Assembly (NCBI RefSeq): GCF_964355755.1 | Contig: NC_092674.1 | Span: 2,418,001 to 2,482,000, forward strand | DNA: 64,000 nucleotides | Direction of reading: 5' to 3' | Origin: Antedon mediterranea | Lineage: Eukaryota > Animalia > Echinodermata | Shown here: piece by piece, positions 12,969 to 27,979 of the stretch | How positions within the stretch are numbered: position 1 is the first letter of the stretch | Layout: the number at the start of each line of letters is the position of its first letter | Notes under the pieces: model-generated | The model's input: the letters and a program-made list of their open reading frames with translations, nothing else | Databases searched by the model: none | Told to the model about the DNA's origin: nothing | Position numbers and translations under genes: made by a program

Positions 12969-15725
12969 TAAGCTGCAGTAACATTTGCACAGATGCAATG
13001 CTTCATACAGCTGTCAATCAATCAATCAATCACCTGAAATGATTTGTATTGATAATTAGCTACTTAACTACTTTAATGACACTATCCCTACAATTGTTGA
13101 TGTTTTGTAAAAATAATAATTATATTACTTTAAAAACATTAAACGGTCATTCCTCGTCTTGTCTGAAAAGTTAAGATTCTTCCATTTGGCTTTCACGATC
13201 GATCGCAAGTAGGTGAATCACAGAAGAAAACGAAAATATCAATCCGTGTGCAATGCATGCTGGTATTTATAGCAGGCCGCTTAAATTATTAATTTTTTTA
13301 CATTTTTACAGTTCAAAGATGAAAATAAATTATCGCAATGCAATAGGCCCATATAGTATTTAATTTTACATAAAGTGTAGTTTGTGATTGAAAAAATGTA
13401 GGGAACAATTATGATTATAAAATGATTATGATATACTAGTATATTCCATTACAATGATTATTGACAGCAGAGCATTATTAAAAACAAATTTACATCTATG
13501 AAGCCAATTTGGTAAAATATGCATTAGATTACTATATATTTACCCATCCCTTTGACATAATTCCCACTTTTTTTTACTGTCAATATCCTTCCAGGCTCTA
13601 ATGGAACAAGATATAGATATTATTCTAATAATAATATAATATAGATACTATTCTAATAATCAGCCTGTAGTAGTACAAAATACAAAGCATCATAGCAACA
13701 TTATGTATTCAAAGAATTAAAGAAATGAGTGCCATATACCTGTATGTATCATTTTAGGCCAGTATTTTGTTTGATAAAGTCCCTAATACTTTAATTAAAA
13801 ACAAATAATATTCATTTCCCAATAGAATTATGAAAATATACAGTAAAATTAGATTGTATAAGAAAATTAACAGCAACACACCACAAAATGAAATGATGTT
13901 AGATAAAGTTAAAAGTTAAAAACACCAGAAAATATACTTTATTGAAAATAGTAATATTAAAATAAATAATTTAAGAACTTGCTTAGAATATTGATATTTC
14001 TATAGTAAGTGATTTTAAAATGTATATATTTTTAAAAATTTATTTTTATTAATTCAATTTTCTGCCATAAAAGAAGACAAAACAAATATAATAATAATAA
14101 TAATAAATGAAAACTTATATAGCGCCGGTATCCTCCACCCATGTGGCGCTCATGGCGCTTTGTGCATTAACAACGTGCGAGAACATCAGCGAATAGCGAC
14201 GTCTTTAGGTTGGTCTTGAAACTGTTTAGACTAGTTGAGCATTTAACTGTTGCTGGTAAGCTGTTCCATACACTTGCGGCCGCAACGTAAAAAGATCTCT
14301 GACCCCACTGATTTTTCGCTCTACGCTCTTGAAGAAGGTTTTGTGACAATGATCGTAGGCCTCTGCGGGATGATTCGTAACAATCCATAAGGTCAGATAA
14401 ATAAGCAGGAGCACTGTCATTTAGGATCTTGAATACAAACAACGCAAGTTTGTACTTAATACGTTGTTGAACAGGCAACCAATGCAAATCCATCAGGACA
14501 GGAGTTATGTGAGCGTTTTATTTTGTATAAGTTACAATTCTAGCTGCCATATTTTGCAAGCGCTGCAAACGTTGTATTTGAGATTTTGGTATGCCAAACA
14601 ACAAGGCATTACCAATGTCAATTTTAGAAGTGACAAATGAGTGTACAATCAATTCAGCTGTTTTCTTGTTAAGATTACCGCGAATACGACCAAGGTTCCT
14701 AATCGATATGCATGCTGCTTTGGATACAGTTGTTATTTGTGCTTCCATAGTGAGATTACTATCCAGCATGATTCCCAGATTCCGGACCACCGATGAGGGA
14801 GCGATGTTAGAGTTTCCGATTCTGATATGTGTGATGTTGATTTTGGAGATGTTACATTTAGACCCGACGATAATAAACTCTGTCTTTCCATCATTCAACT
14901 TTAGGTAATTTGTTGTCATCCAATTGCGAACATCTTCTATACAGGCTTCCATCTTACTGATTGCTGCAGCAACATCCCTTTGCACTGGATTTACTGACAC
15001 ATAAATCTGTGTATCATCTGCATAGAAATGGAAATGTAGACCGTGTTTGCGAATAATGTCACCAAGGGGAAGCGTATAAATGGAAAACTGGCCAGGCCCA
15101 ATTACTGACCCCTGTGGTACACCATATTCCAGGCAAGCTTCATCTGAGAATGCATCATTGATACAGACTAGCTGACGTCTTCCTGTAAGATATGACTGGA
15201 ACCAGTTAAGAGCAACACCATTTATGCCAATGCGATTTCTCAGACGGGTTATCAGTCTTTGGTGATCAACTGTATCAAACGCTGCTGACAAATCCAACAA
15301 CACCAATAGCGTTATTTTCCCATCATTCATTCCTTGTAACAAATCATTCTGTACCTTTAAAAGGGAACTCTCCGTGCTATGACATGCACGATATGCCGAC
15401 TGGTAATTCTCATTTAAATTATGCTTTTGAAGATATGGAGTAATGCGTGATGTCACTACACGCTCCAGAGTCTTTCCAAGAAAAGAAAGATTCGACACCG
15501 GGCGGTAATTTTTCAGCGTGTTATGATCCAAGTTTTGCTTTTTTATTAAAGGACGAACGTGAGCAATTTTCAGTTCATCTGGCACTATGCCGGTATTTAG
15601 AGAATGGTTAATGATTTCCGTTATTATTGGAACGACTGCGTCTATACACTTCTTCAGTATAGAAGTAGGAACTGGATCTAACCTGCATGATTTTGTTGGT
15701 GATTTCATCAGAATGTTGCGGATCT

Positions 15726-18029
15726 CAGGGCCGTAGCCAGGATCTGTCAAGGGGGGGTTCGGACACTAAATATTTGGGTCAACCCCCCCCCCTCCCCCAG
15801 CCTGATGCGAAGCGAATTTTGTTAAATGACACCCCTAGATGGCCGGAAAAGACACTCTCGTGCAGCATGCTATATAACCAATGAGCAAAAAGATCGTACT
15901 TTTTTCCTCCTCCTCAAACACGTCGATAATTTAAATGACGATAACTATTTGTTGCCGTATGTTAGATGCGCGTGCTCTGTGCGGAACCGCCGATTGTTTG
16001 ATCATTTACTCCGTATTTTGTTTTGCGTTCAAGTTCAATGCGAACGTATATCTAGGAGCAGCCCCGAAAAAAGCACACTGGGTGAAGGCAAATGCTATTT
16101 GCTAGCTCTATCTATAATATTTATTTACAGCAATTTGTTGAGGAATATAAATATGTAAATAGGTGATATTGATACATTTTAGTACGTATCGGCTGGTGGT
16201 CTAGAAAAAAATAATCGGATGCCATAATGTGAACTACAGTACTTGATACCATAGATATTATAGTGTAAAATATTAATATTCACTATCCTCTATGATACAT
16301 TATACTTCATAGTCGCACATAAATACTGATGTACGTCGGAAGGCTATACATTATGCATGCTGCCTGACTGCCAGTGATCTAAACAATAGGTACGCAGTTG
16401 TCTGGCGGTGTCCTTTGTACGAATCGTTCGTGCGCCAGCTCGCTATGAGACGCGTCAATATCATGTTACATGCAGGGACCAAACCAGGGGTGGCACCAGG
16501 ATCTTCCCGACGCGGGTGCTACATTCCCCGACGAGGGGGCTATGCGAGCGAAGCGAGCATCACTAGGCTGGGGCCAGGGGCCGCCAAGGGCCCCCGGTGG
16601 GGGTCGAGGGAGGGGGGGCGAAGCCCCCGGAAGCAACGCGTTCTAGCGTCATTTGAGGTCATTTTAATCAGATTTAGGGTAGCCATTTTTTCCATTTTTT
16701 ATAATGCATAAGGCCTAAATAAAATACTGCGTGCAAAAAAACGATGCGCGATGACTGTTTCAATCCATATTTTTCAATTTAAAAAATAAAAGTTGAAAGA
16801 AAATTTAGAAAAATAGAGTTGGAGGTCCCGGAAATTGGAGTTATTATACTTCAAAACATGAAACAAAATAAAAAAGTCCCTATCATGGTTGTGACTGAGC
16901 TAAGAAATGTTTGAAAAATAGAGATGTTAGGTCCCGGAAAATGCACTTCTTGTACTTCGAAATATGACCAGCTTTATTGTTGGGGCTGAGCTAAGAAAAT
17001 GTTTAAAACTAGAGGCTGCAGGTCTTCAAAAAATTGCATTTTATACTTTGTAAACATCAGGCCTAGAGGCTTAAAAAACGCAAGCGTAGACCTTTTTCAG
17101 TCGGGGAAATAAGTTTATTCCTCCCAAGTGTATGGGTGCGTACCATCTGGACCTCCGAGTGGTGAGAAATTCATGACATACAGGACATTGTAATATAAAA
17201 TAAGATGTTGGCTAAGCGAAAATGGCATGTTTTTTTGTTTAGTAAATGGATGAAAAATTTATTTTAGGTGCCCCACGGTACTGTATATTATATTCCCCGA
17301 CAAAAGTACCCGTGTTCCCTTCGGTATTTCCCTTCGGTAACCGTCGGTAAACTTCGCCTGGAAAATAACTACATTACACATTTTGGTCCCTGGATGGAAC
17401 TTGATATCACGCGTCTCGACCCAACGTTGAATGATTCGTACAAAGGGATACCGCCAGACAAGTGCGTACCTAGCTAATGTTTAGTAGTAAGTTAGATCTA
17501 TATAATCTATTCTATATAATGAATGCATAAAAGTGCATAATAGCCCTCTGACGTACTCTCACGGTCAATGGAACGTCGTGGTTTTCTAGGCGCTGAAGCT
17601 GTATGAAGTGAACGCGAACGTTTTTTACTGTATATTATATTCCCCGACAAAAAGTAGGGGGGGGGGGGAATCTAGGCTCCCCGACGAGAGGGCTAGAGTA
17701 GCCCTCCCCCCCCCCCCCCCGCTGGCGCCACCACTTATTTATTTTTCAGGTTAAAATCGGCAATTCATTTGCAGCTTTTAGAAATTTACAGACACGTATC
17801 ACTAGTTGACGCTCATACAGAGAAGAAGGTTTACGAACAAGTTTACGAATTTTTCAATTTACAAACAACTTTTTGTACTGTGGGGCACGTACAGTATTTG
17901 GAGGATTTTTGGAGATGAGGGTGAGGTATTGGGCATGTCGGGGATGGGGGTTCGCAGTTGGTTAAGGGGGGTTCGCTGTAAAGGGGGGGTTCGCCCGAAC
18001 CATAAAAATCCCCCCTGGCTACGGGCCTG
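15726..18029. mobile_element. Non-autonomous TIR DNA element inserted in the L2 ORF2
   Basis: TIR CAGGGCCGTAGCCAGG (15726) / CCTGGCTACGGGCCTG (ends 18029). Removing it rejoins ORF2 (PASQDE|IRNILMKSP). Flanks GATCT/CATCT suggest an imperfect 5-bp TSD. Confidence 0.85.
16485..17735. mobile_element. Second TIR element nested inside the first
   Basis: Termini CAGGGGTGGCACCAG / CTGGCGCCACCACT; repeated subterminal TCCCCGAC motifs; no ORF of note. Confidence 0.7.
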
Positions 18030-20632
18030 CATCTCATCTTGAGATGCTGGTGTAAATGTTGTGAGATGCTGATGAACAGCTGTCACAGGCTCATTAAATG
18101 ACATGTCATCAATCTTGAAGTCGTCTCTGATGATCTTGATCTTGTCTGTGAAAAACTGACAGAACCTGTTCACAAGATCTAAGTCAGAAAGACTATCTGG
18201 GAGAGGTGATACCTGGCGATGATGAAGGAGTTGGTTAACAATTTTAAAAAGTCCTTTCTGATCTGCTGCATGTTCTTCACACAAGCCAATGTAGTAGTTG
18301 GCCTTTGCCTTTCTTACCATGGAATTTACATTCCTCTTCTGTGCAATGTAAGCTTGACGATCTATTTCCAGATGAGAGATTCTCCATTTCTTTTCAAGCT
18401 TACGCTTTGTTCTTTTCTCAGCATAGATGTCACTGTTATACCAACTAGTGTTTGGTCGGACCTTTACTGTTCTCTTTTTCGGTGGTGCGTGTTTGTCAAG
18501 AAGTTCACTCAAAGTGGTGACATATAGTCGTACTTTACTTGATAAATCAAGATTTGAGAGCGAAGTTCCGAGATCAGACTGTGTGATATCTTTACATAAT
18601 GTCTCAAAATTTATAGCATTCCAATGACGAGTTTCGATGGATTTAGTGATTACGGGTGGCTTCTTGATAAGGAGATTACATGTGATTGCATAGTGATCTG
18701 ATATACCATCAATGACATTAAGGTTTGAGAAAACAGGAGGATCAGATGAACGAGTGATCAGCAAGTCTAATGTATGACCATGTCGGTGTGTAGGTGTAGA
18801 CACATGCTGTTGAAGACTGCTTGCTACAAGTAGATTCCGAAAATGAATTGCATCTGCATCATTTGGCATATCCACATGGATGTTAAAGTCTCCAACGAAT
18901 AGTATGGGAGCCGGCTTCAATACATAGTGATCAACCAAAGTTGAGAATTCTTCAGTGAAAACATTTAGACTGCAACCAGTTGATTTGCTTTGAGGACGAT
19001 ATACTGCTACGAGGAAAACTGAGGATGCATTGCTGACTATTTCCACATTTAGCAGTTCAAATGATTTTGGTAATAATCCCGTGTCATAACATTTAACCGC
19101 TATGCTTTCCTTGTAAAGAAGTGCAACTCCACCACCTCTTTTAGTACCAGCACGGGGAGCATGTTTGAGAGAGTATCCGTTGGGTGTAATATTTCCTATA
19201 ACTGATGTGTCTTCTGGTTTAAGCCACGTTTCCGAAAGGGCAACAACATCCAGATTATGTTCGATAACGAAATCCACAAATTCTGTTGTTTTGTTCCGAA
19301 CGGATCTTGTATTAATACTGCAAAATTTAATATTGTTTTTAGATAAGAGAGAGTTTGATGATAAGTCCGGAAATGATAGATTGTTTTTAGTGTGTTTGTC
19401 ACGCCCAGCTCTTGTACCACGCCTGGTTTTTCTTTTTGGCCTCCTTGGTAAAAGGCAAGGAAAGACCAAACAGGCGCTAAACACCTATGTTGGTTGGTCA
19501 ATCCAGAACAGAGCACAGAAATAAACAAACAAAAAATTTACATTCTACAATTAAAGCATCTATAAGAAAGAAAATTATTAGCAATCACCTTTTGTGCATT
19601 GAAACTTTTGGAACACTTAAAAATATTTCTCTAGATCAAGATAATTTGCATTAGTTCTAATTTTAATTCCAAAAATGTGCATAATGAAATTGAAAATAAC
19701 TGAGCAGAACAAGGAAATGCAAAAGATTTCAATATGAAATGATTATGATCCATTCTATTGAAAAGAATTTATCAAACGATTATGCGTGCGGCATAATAAT
19801 CGCACGCTACTATTGACACATTTTAAAATTTTTATTTGAACAATATTTAATAAGGGCGATCCATCCAGCATCAGCTGATCGTTAGGGACCCTCAAACAAT
19901 ACAAACGCTAAATACAAAATAAACGATAAAAATACAAAACATCTGTTTGTTTTATAGAAATGGGAATCCCCAAAACTTACATCAGCTTTAATATCGAAAC
20001 CACAATATCGACGATACTCGGAACTAATCCAATAGTTCATCTTAATATCATTTAATAACCGGCAGTGAACAGTAGTATCATATTTAATAAACAATAAAAC
20101 TAAACAACAACAAAAGAAATGTAAATAAAGAAAATGGTAATTATAAATATCAAACAATTTAGAGAATACATTTATACTTTCAACATATTAATATGTCCAT
20201 GCTTTCAATATATCATAAACAATCAACGTAATTTAAAGTGCCGCGGTGTAATAACAACCGTAGGATCAGCACTTTGCTATGCTTTCCTAATTAGTACCGT
20301 AATAGCGACATAATGACATAATGACTTAAGTATTAATCGCACTGAACTTAATTTGGGTCACTGGCTAAATTGGCGTTAAAAAAAGTCCAACCCAAAAGCT
20401 GGCTACAATTCCATAACTGATTGCCAAGTAGATTAAACTAACTTAAAAGAAAGTAAAAAGACCACAAAATACGGACAAAAATGATACAGTATGACTTGAA
20501 AACAGTATTAATTACACTGGCCCACTTGAGGCACATCCGGCCCACGACAGGAATAAATGGCACAAAATAGTAGAAGACGCTATGTCTAACGACGATGATG
20601 CATGCTAATAATATAAAACTCCAATACTGCTG

Positions 20633-20978
20633 TTAAAGATGTATTGTCCCCTAAATAAAAACATGAAAACTGAAGATTAATTAAATCAGACATTGAATAG
20701 GTTATTTTGTAGTTTTAATAAAGTTAATCCCCTTTGGTAAAAAACAAACAACTCAAAATAATGTTTTCTTATATAAAATGACAAAATAAATGGTAAAATT
20801 CAACCAAACACCCATTGGCTGGCAGCCAATTTGACTATTTTTTTCTCTTTAAATTACAGTATTTTCAGGAAAATATTTATTTTTTCGATTCAATTTTTGT
20901 TCAAAGTGGATAACTATTATATTTTCAACAAAAAAGTTTTGAATTGTTTTTTTTTTCAGGGGGACAATAAATCCTTAA
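20633..20978. mobile_element. MITE family B copy (opposite orientation to 4411)
   Basis: TTAAAGATGTATTGTCCCC...GGGGACAATAAATCCTTAA. Confidence 0.8.
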
Positions 20979-21861
20979 ATCTCAAATCTTACATGACCAC
21001 CCTCACCTGAAATTTTCTATTGCATTAGCCTAAAGGTGGATATAAGCGCCGCAATGATCACCAAACTGGTTGAAGCCACTGCGATTATACACATAATGAG
21101 ACACAAATAATCTAGGCCTTACAAGCAAGTAAAATACATTAAATATTCCTACTTGAAAGTTATGCAACGTAGATAGCCTGTCTTTGTTATTAGTTTGAGT
21201 AGTTTATCAAATAAACATAGTCAAAAGTTCTGTGTACTTTGTTTGTACTTTTTATAAAAATACACGTCCAAATAAGAAATACTGTAGCAGCATTTCCTGA
21301 TCAGTATAATGAGCTTTTTGATGACAAAATAATATTTTGTCACAAACAGGATGACATGACTTTTTTATTTGTGTTATTGCAATGTCTCTGATAATAAGGC
21401 CTGATGATAAGTATCGTAATATAATTATGCATTCATATAATTTATAGGTCCATGGTATAATTACATTGAACAAACAACATTCAATATCAAAGGAAATACT
21501 GATCAAAAGTCCCTAAAAATTGTTCAAACAAAAGTAAAGTAGGGGGAATAGGGATGGGGACATGTAAATAGTAATGGATGATTTGTTCCCCTTTTTATAC
21601 CGTAAAAAAGATAATGACACGGCACTTTCTCATGAAACAAATGAAGGGCAATATGCTAAACACGAGGGACAACCATTGTTTAGTGGACATCCCAATTATT
21701 AAGGGACATTTTGACTGGTCCAAAAGGTGTCCCTTAATAGGGATTATTATTATTATTATCATGTTCAATCTTTTTGAATAACTTATCGCAAATTATTTTG
21801 AAGAATTGTTGACAATTACTGTAAGTGTAATCAGTTTGGATTACTGATTTGAAATACTAGC

Positions 21862-22036
21862 AGCTTTGTCTACACAGCTATGAAACTAGTTTGTGTGATG
21901 TACCAAAATATGGTAGTGATATGCCCAAATATGGTAGTGATATGCTTAAATATGGTAGTGATATGACATCATCATGTCCATATATGGGCACATCACATTT
22001 TTTGTCACATAAAGTTTAGATAATGTAGACAGGGCT
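21862..22036. mobile_element. MITE family A copy
   Basis: Family TIRs plus three internal AAATATGGTAGTGATATG units. Confidence 0.75.
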
Positions 22037-22857
22037 TAAGGGGAACACCCTTTAGAGCTATTTCTTGAGTAACTGTGCTATATAGCATTGCAAAACCGTA
22101 AAATACTGTATATTATGTAATGATAACCTTGGAATAATATATTAAAGAATTGTTGAAAATTACCCAATAATCAGTTTGACAATGATAAATGAACACCATC
22201 CTGGTGGTATAAATATTGGTATGCGTCAACTGATGATGATGATGATGATGATATAAAACACATTCCTAATCATTTATATTGTCATTTCCAGGAATTATTC
22301 ACAATACAAATAATAATAACTATGCACAAATTTAGCAATAGGCCTTCAGTAAAACATATTTACAGGTATGGTATAAAAGTGGAAATTACCTTTTCTGCGA
22401 AGTATTTGTATAGATTCAATTTAGTTTCATAATTACCATTTGTATTGGCTGATTAAACAGAATTTCCAAGTAAGCTAATCAAAGGATAAACCAATTGTCG
22501 CGTTTGTGAAAGACAACAATTAGTATTACCGACATTTGTTAACGGTGAATAACAACTAGATTACCATATAAGCACTTTAAAATGATTTTTTCTATTTCTG
22601 AAACATCATACCATATCAGGGAGGTCCCTGATCATACCGGGGGATGATCCAATAACGATAGAAACATTGATTCTGTCTTATTTGAATTTGGAGTTAGTTT
22701 GTTCAATAGGCCTGGTTATTTTGTCATAATTTTTTGAAAATATTTTTGTCATGAAATGAAATTGTTCCATGTGACAACATTCACAGTTTCTTTAAAGTTT
22801 TTTATTTAAAGTTTTTGAGAAATCAATTTTTTATTTTATATTGTATAAGTATCTTTA

Positions 22858-22985
22858 TGCTTCAGTCTACACTATCAAACATTTTTTATGTCCACACATA
22901 TGGACATGATGATATAACTACTATATTTAAGCATATCACTACCATATTTAGGCACATCACACTTTGTGATAGAGTAGACAGAGCT
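22858..22985. mobile_element. MITE family A copy
   Basis: GTCTACACTATCAAAC...GATAGAGTAGACAGAGCT. Confidence 0.7.
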
Positions 22986-23814
22986 TTACAACAAATTTCA
23001 ATTTAGTAATTAGTGTAATATCAACTTTATTCATTATAAAACTTTTATTCATCTTAAAAATGTTTTATAAAAAGACTTTCCAGAAATCAGTGTGTCTCTA
23101 TGTTGTAAAGTAGATAGACTCTCTCCAAATACCACAGCTCTAACTGGTTCCAAACTATTATTAAATACTAAACACATTTGGAATACAAGGGTTCCACATT
23201 TTTGTTAGATACTAAGAATTTCTGGAAAACCAGACTTTATTAGGACAACCCAAGGGTGTCTGTGTTAGGAGAGTAATTGACTGTAGTATGATTGCTAAAG
23301 TTGTAAAGAATGTTAAAATAGAAATTAAATCATAAAGATCTAAAAATAAATCTGAATGTGTAATTGATACAACAAGTAATTAATTATAACTTGATCCATA
23401 GGATTGGAGATTTGAGATATAATTTGCCAGACAACGTAACAAGGAATCATTGCCAAGACAGTGGGCTACTGTACGCGGAATTAAGGAAAACTTCTAGACT
23501 TAATGCGGTGAAATAGCGTTGTGTTGTTCATAATTGCTCAAACACTTTCTCTATACACATATTGTTGATAGATACAATGTACATACTCTTATGTCTGGAT
23601 GGCTTTTCTTTCATTAGTATAATACTTTTTTTTATTGTTTTATAGATACTAGTGTACTGTCCCAATTGATATTGTTTCCTAATTGAATATTTCCCATATA
23701 GTATAATACGTATTTTGTCAAATACAATAGACACTAACTTTCCTAATATGTTTTCAATAATAGACAAAACAGAGGGTACTGTATAATCACTTCTTTTTAT
23801 TCTTCTATTATTCA

Positions 23815-23979
23815 GCTCTATATATATGCCTAATTATGGTAGTGATATGTCCAAATATGGTAGTGATATGACATCATCATGTCCAAATATGGTAGTGACT
23901 GTGATATGACATCATCATGTCCATATATGGGCACATCACATTTTTTTGTCACATAAAATTTGATAGTGTAGACAAGGCA
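23815..23979. mobile_element. MITE family A copy (left end partly deleted)
   Basis: Internal ATATGGTAGTGATATG repeats and right TIR TTTGATAGTGTAGAC. Confidence 0.65.
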
Positions 23980-25295
23980 TTAATAATATCCTGAATAGAT
24001 TAGTGAGACAAATATTCAAAAAACTTTCCAATTCAGTATAAAATGTTTGAACGTCTTATCATATTTTAAATGTATTTTAATATCTTTTCTTATCTTCGCA
24101 AGGAAATAATTTTTGAAAATTAATTTTAGAAGTATTTTAATATCTTCTTTTCGCAAGAAAAACAATTTTTGAATATTTTACATTTTTTACAAACCAAGAT
24201 CTATATTATAATTATTACCAAAGGATATATAATGCCATCCTTATTAATGTGGGGCCTAAATTTATGAAAGATAAACTCATTTGATGAAGGGCTGATCTGG
24301 TACAAAACATTCAAAACACACAAAGTCATCATCTTTTCAATCAAATATAATTCTGGGTGTAAATGTCAGTTATCCTGAAATAGTTCCAAAAGTTTTATTT
24401 ATAGATTTGACATTTAACAAAAGTGACATATTTTTGCACAATATGATAAAACTGAAAAAAAAACTGAATTAGATAATACAATACGTACTAATTGGTACTC
24501 CAAACGACTCTATTATCATTTACTACGTACCTCGGAATAACAAACATTGTTTCCATAAATAATATGAAAAAACGCACAATGGTTTCCAACTTGGCTACAA
24601 TAGACTAGCTTAGTAGGGTATCCAAAAGGGGGCTTTCCCTAAAAGTAAAATTTCCTTAAAGTGTAAAATGACCATGCTAAAACTGTAAAAACAGACGTCC
24701 AGCGCATGACGGAAATTTTTTTTGCGTACATATCATCTACAAATGTTCATCAATGCGACAGTAATAAATTTTATCATTATCTGTACAAATTTATTTTAAT
24801 AATTAACAATTATATTTAACTAGTGGTATACTATAGTTAGAAAAAGAGGAAAGTGTATCGTCCATTTTTGTAAGAATTTTCTGTAAGATGCATTCTAGAC
24901 ATTCACTGACCCAGTTTCTTTTATAAATTGACTAGTTCAGCAGTGCACCATACACGTACACCTGCCCTACAATATGGAGCTTTCGTTTCCCAACAACCTA
25001 CTGTAGGGACCAGTTATGTAAAAAAGTGCATTCTAACCATTGAGACAATGCAGATAAGCAGATTTTTGGTCGACACTATCTAGGTCATAGGTCAAATTGA
25101 AATCTCCCTATTAAAGCAAGGGGACACCCCTTTGTATGACCCCCTTACCTGAGGGGTAATGCAACTCGCTGTCATTCTGATCACTCTATGTTTAGAAAAT
25201 GTTATGGGGCTAAAAAAAAAGTTTTTCTCTTGTTTCCAATTGAAAACGAGGTAGTTAAAAGAGTTGTTATAGTCTATTTTTACCATACAATGAAA

Positions 25296-25370
25296 GCCAC
25301 TCTCAGTGGTGTAATGGTTAGAACATATGCATATCAAGCAGAAGATTCCGGTTTTGAATCTCGATTGGGC
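25296..25370 (+). pseudogene. tRNA-derived SINE head or tRNA pseudogene
   Basis: A-box-like TGGTGTAATGGTTAG and B-box-like GGTTTTGAATCTCG at tRNA spacing; stems imperfect. Confidence 0.5.
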
Positions 25371-25566
25371 TGGCTTTCCTCACATATTTTCAAACATTCA
25401 CCATTTATAATTTTGTAGTAGTGGTTAGAGCATGGACCTATAAATTAGTAGGTCCATGGTTCGAGCTTACTCTGTGCCTGTAAATTTATATTTAATTTTA
25501 AAAAAATGTATAATCCTTAATGTGATAATATAATCTTTAATGATATTATTGTATAATGTTTTAATG

Positions 25567-25916
25567 TTAAAGATGTCCCCCTGAAAAAAATATTTTTTTT
25601 ACATTTTTTTGTTGAATATGCCAATTTAATGTCACATAATAAATTAATAGTTATTCACTTTTGACAAAAAAAAAAGTATTTACTTGGAAAAACTGTAATT
25701 TTAAGCAAAAATAGTGAAATTGCAACCAGCCAATGGGTTTTTGGTTGATTTTAACCATTTATTTTGTCATTTTATAACTGAAAACATTATTTTTTTGTGT
25801 TTTTTTTTCTACAGAAGTGATTAACTTTGTTAAAACTACAAAATGGACTACCGTACTCAAAGTCTGATTTGAATAATCTTAATATTTCATGTTTTTGGGG
25901 GACAATACATCTTTAA
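25567..25916. mobile_element. MITE family B copy
   Basis: TTAAAGATGTCCCC...GGGGACAATACATCTTTAA. Confidence 0.8.
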
Positions 25917-27477
25917 TAGCAGTATATGATTATTATTATGATTTATTATATACATTATAATGAAAGTTATCAGGAAGAAATTGAACCCTGAAACACATTA
26001 TAACACCTTATAATGTTACAATAATGTGCTGCTATCATTTCCTTAATGACTTTATGTTGAATACTATTACCGTACTAGGTGAGCATTGCCATCACCTGTT
26101 ATTTTTCCCTTTTTAAAAGTTAAATGACAAGCAATTCAAAGTAATACTTTAATACAAGGGTTCAAGGTATGCTTCGTAAATACAGCCATGCTTCCGTTTT
26201 GATTTTTGTTTTGTCTTTTCGTGATACTGTTTACATACATTGAGTGGTAGACACTCTGCTACCCCCATTTGTTTTTATCATATTTAAAATGGTATTAATT
26301 AATTAACCTATTATTATTATTATTATAAGCTAAGCCATGTCATGGTCATAATATTTCGATTTTGGATTACCTTTTAGTTGTTTAAGTACTGACGAGACAG
26401 GTTTCGCCTTCTATTTTGGTGGCCCTATCAAGAGTTTATTTATTTTCTTGTTCTAAATATTCAATTTATGTTATTTGTTGATGAATAAATGTACCGGTAG
26501 TAACAAACAAAATTATGAACCTACTTTCTACTTTTCGGTATTTAAAAACAAAAATTGTTATCTAATATCTAATTTTTCAGAGTATTAATCTAAAGATCTC
26601 CCCAACCCTGATTAAAAAATCCTGGATCCCCCCTCCAACCTGACTAGAACCTTCTCTGCAAGTCTTTACACCATTGTTTTAACCTTGTTATTACACATTA
26701 CATTACAGAATTTGGGAACTTTTTTTAACCTTTGAATTCTAAATGAGTTTCCGTTCTGGTTTTTATAACTGGACGTTTGATCCATGTTCACTGAAGCAAA
26801 TCAAAATTTTTAAAAACTTGAGCTTATCCCAAGGCCTTGAGTGGGTGTGATCAGGATACACAAAGTTCCGACATTGGAACCCAAATTTGGATAAATTTCT
26901 GATCCAGGAACTATAACTGGTCAATAGATAGACAAATTTACTGAGTATGAGCTTATCAGTGGTGGCTGAGGCATCAATTGTTGTTAACGCTGAATTTGAC
27001 AGGGAAATTAGTAGAAATTGAGCAGAACGGTGTCACTCATTTAGTGGGCGGACTTTAATTAAGTGTCCATAGCTACTTAGTATATGAACTTTATACATAA
27101 TAATATATAGGTCATGTACTTTTGACCATTTTCAATTGATATTAGATGGTTAATTTAAAATATACCGTGGTAGTTTTAATAGATTAGAATGCATTCATAT
27201 GTAAATAAAAGAAACAAAATAAGTATATAATATATAAATAAAATAAAATATACTCTGTTTGTACAATGTTTTTGTTGTTAAAGTTTCTTAAGGCAGAAGC
27301 ATACAATTCAATACAGTAGTATGAATTCAAAACCGCAACTTGAACTTTTATACATAAAAATAAGGCTAACAATGTTATGCGCCAATACTATAGACACCCG
27401 ATTAGTTAAGACCACTCTCAATAAAATATAATAAATAGATAAAACAGCTTTTAGTTAGTATAGATTGACAAAAGCTT

Positions 27478-27867
27478 AAGCTGTCTACACTATCAAACTA
27501 GTTTGACAAAAAACTGTGATGTGCCCAAATACGGTATTGATATAGTATGCCCAAATATTTATTTATTTTATTTATTTTATTTTATATATTTAGGCAAATT
27601 GCCAAGGATAACCATAAGCAAATTCAATCACTATCCTTCTTAAAGGTGGCAATCCGTTCACGAGACAAACATATACACACAATGCTCTACATAAACAAAG
27701 TCTTTATTACAAGTCTTTGGTAATGATATGACATCATCATGTCCGTATATGGGCACATTTTTTTGTCACATCAAGTTTCAATCAATACCAACTTTATTCC
27801 CATCATACATAAATAAATAGTACAATAAATGCAAGGAGCCAAAAAGTTTGATAGTGTAGACAGAGCT
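27478..27867. mobile_element. MITE family A copy carrying internal insertions
   Basis: Both TIRs present but separated by extra sequence at about 27556-27716 and 27778-27845. Confidence 0.65.
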
Positions 27868-27979
27868 TTAGATAATATGAACTCATATTGATCTTTTGTT
27901 TTTTCCGAAGTACTACTAGAATATTAGGCAACTATTGAAACATGCTTGGATAATGTACATGAGTAGGTGAATTGTTGGA

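Larger units (their letters stand above)
14088..19500 (-). mobile_element. L2-clade LINE (APE endonuclease + RT), interrupted by nested insertions and inactivated
   Basis: ORF2 APE motifs (INTRS, LSETWL, GDFN, TLDL, SDH) at about 18030-19484 and RT motifs (NYRPVSNL, LDLSAAFDTV, GVPQGS, YADD) at 14518-15725. In-frame TAA at 14518-14520. L2-type 3' end GCGCTATATAA followed by an (ATT)n tail at about 14088-14125. Confidence 0.92.

Noticed and set aside
17859-18029. C-terminal tail of the 541-aa LINE ORF (QARSQGGF...)
   Set aside because: Read-through into the inserted DNA element, not genuine ORF2.
25296-25370. Functional tRNA gene
   Set aside because: Acceptor and anticodon stems pair poorly and the B box is altered; treated as a SINE head or pseudogene.
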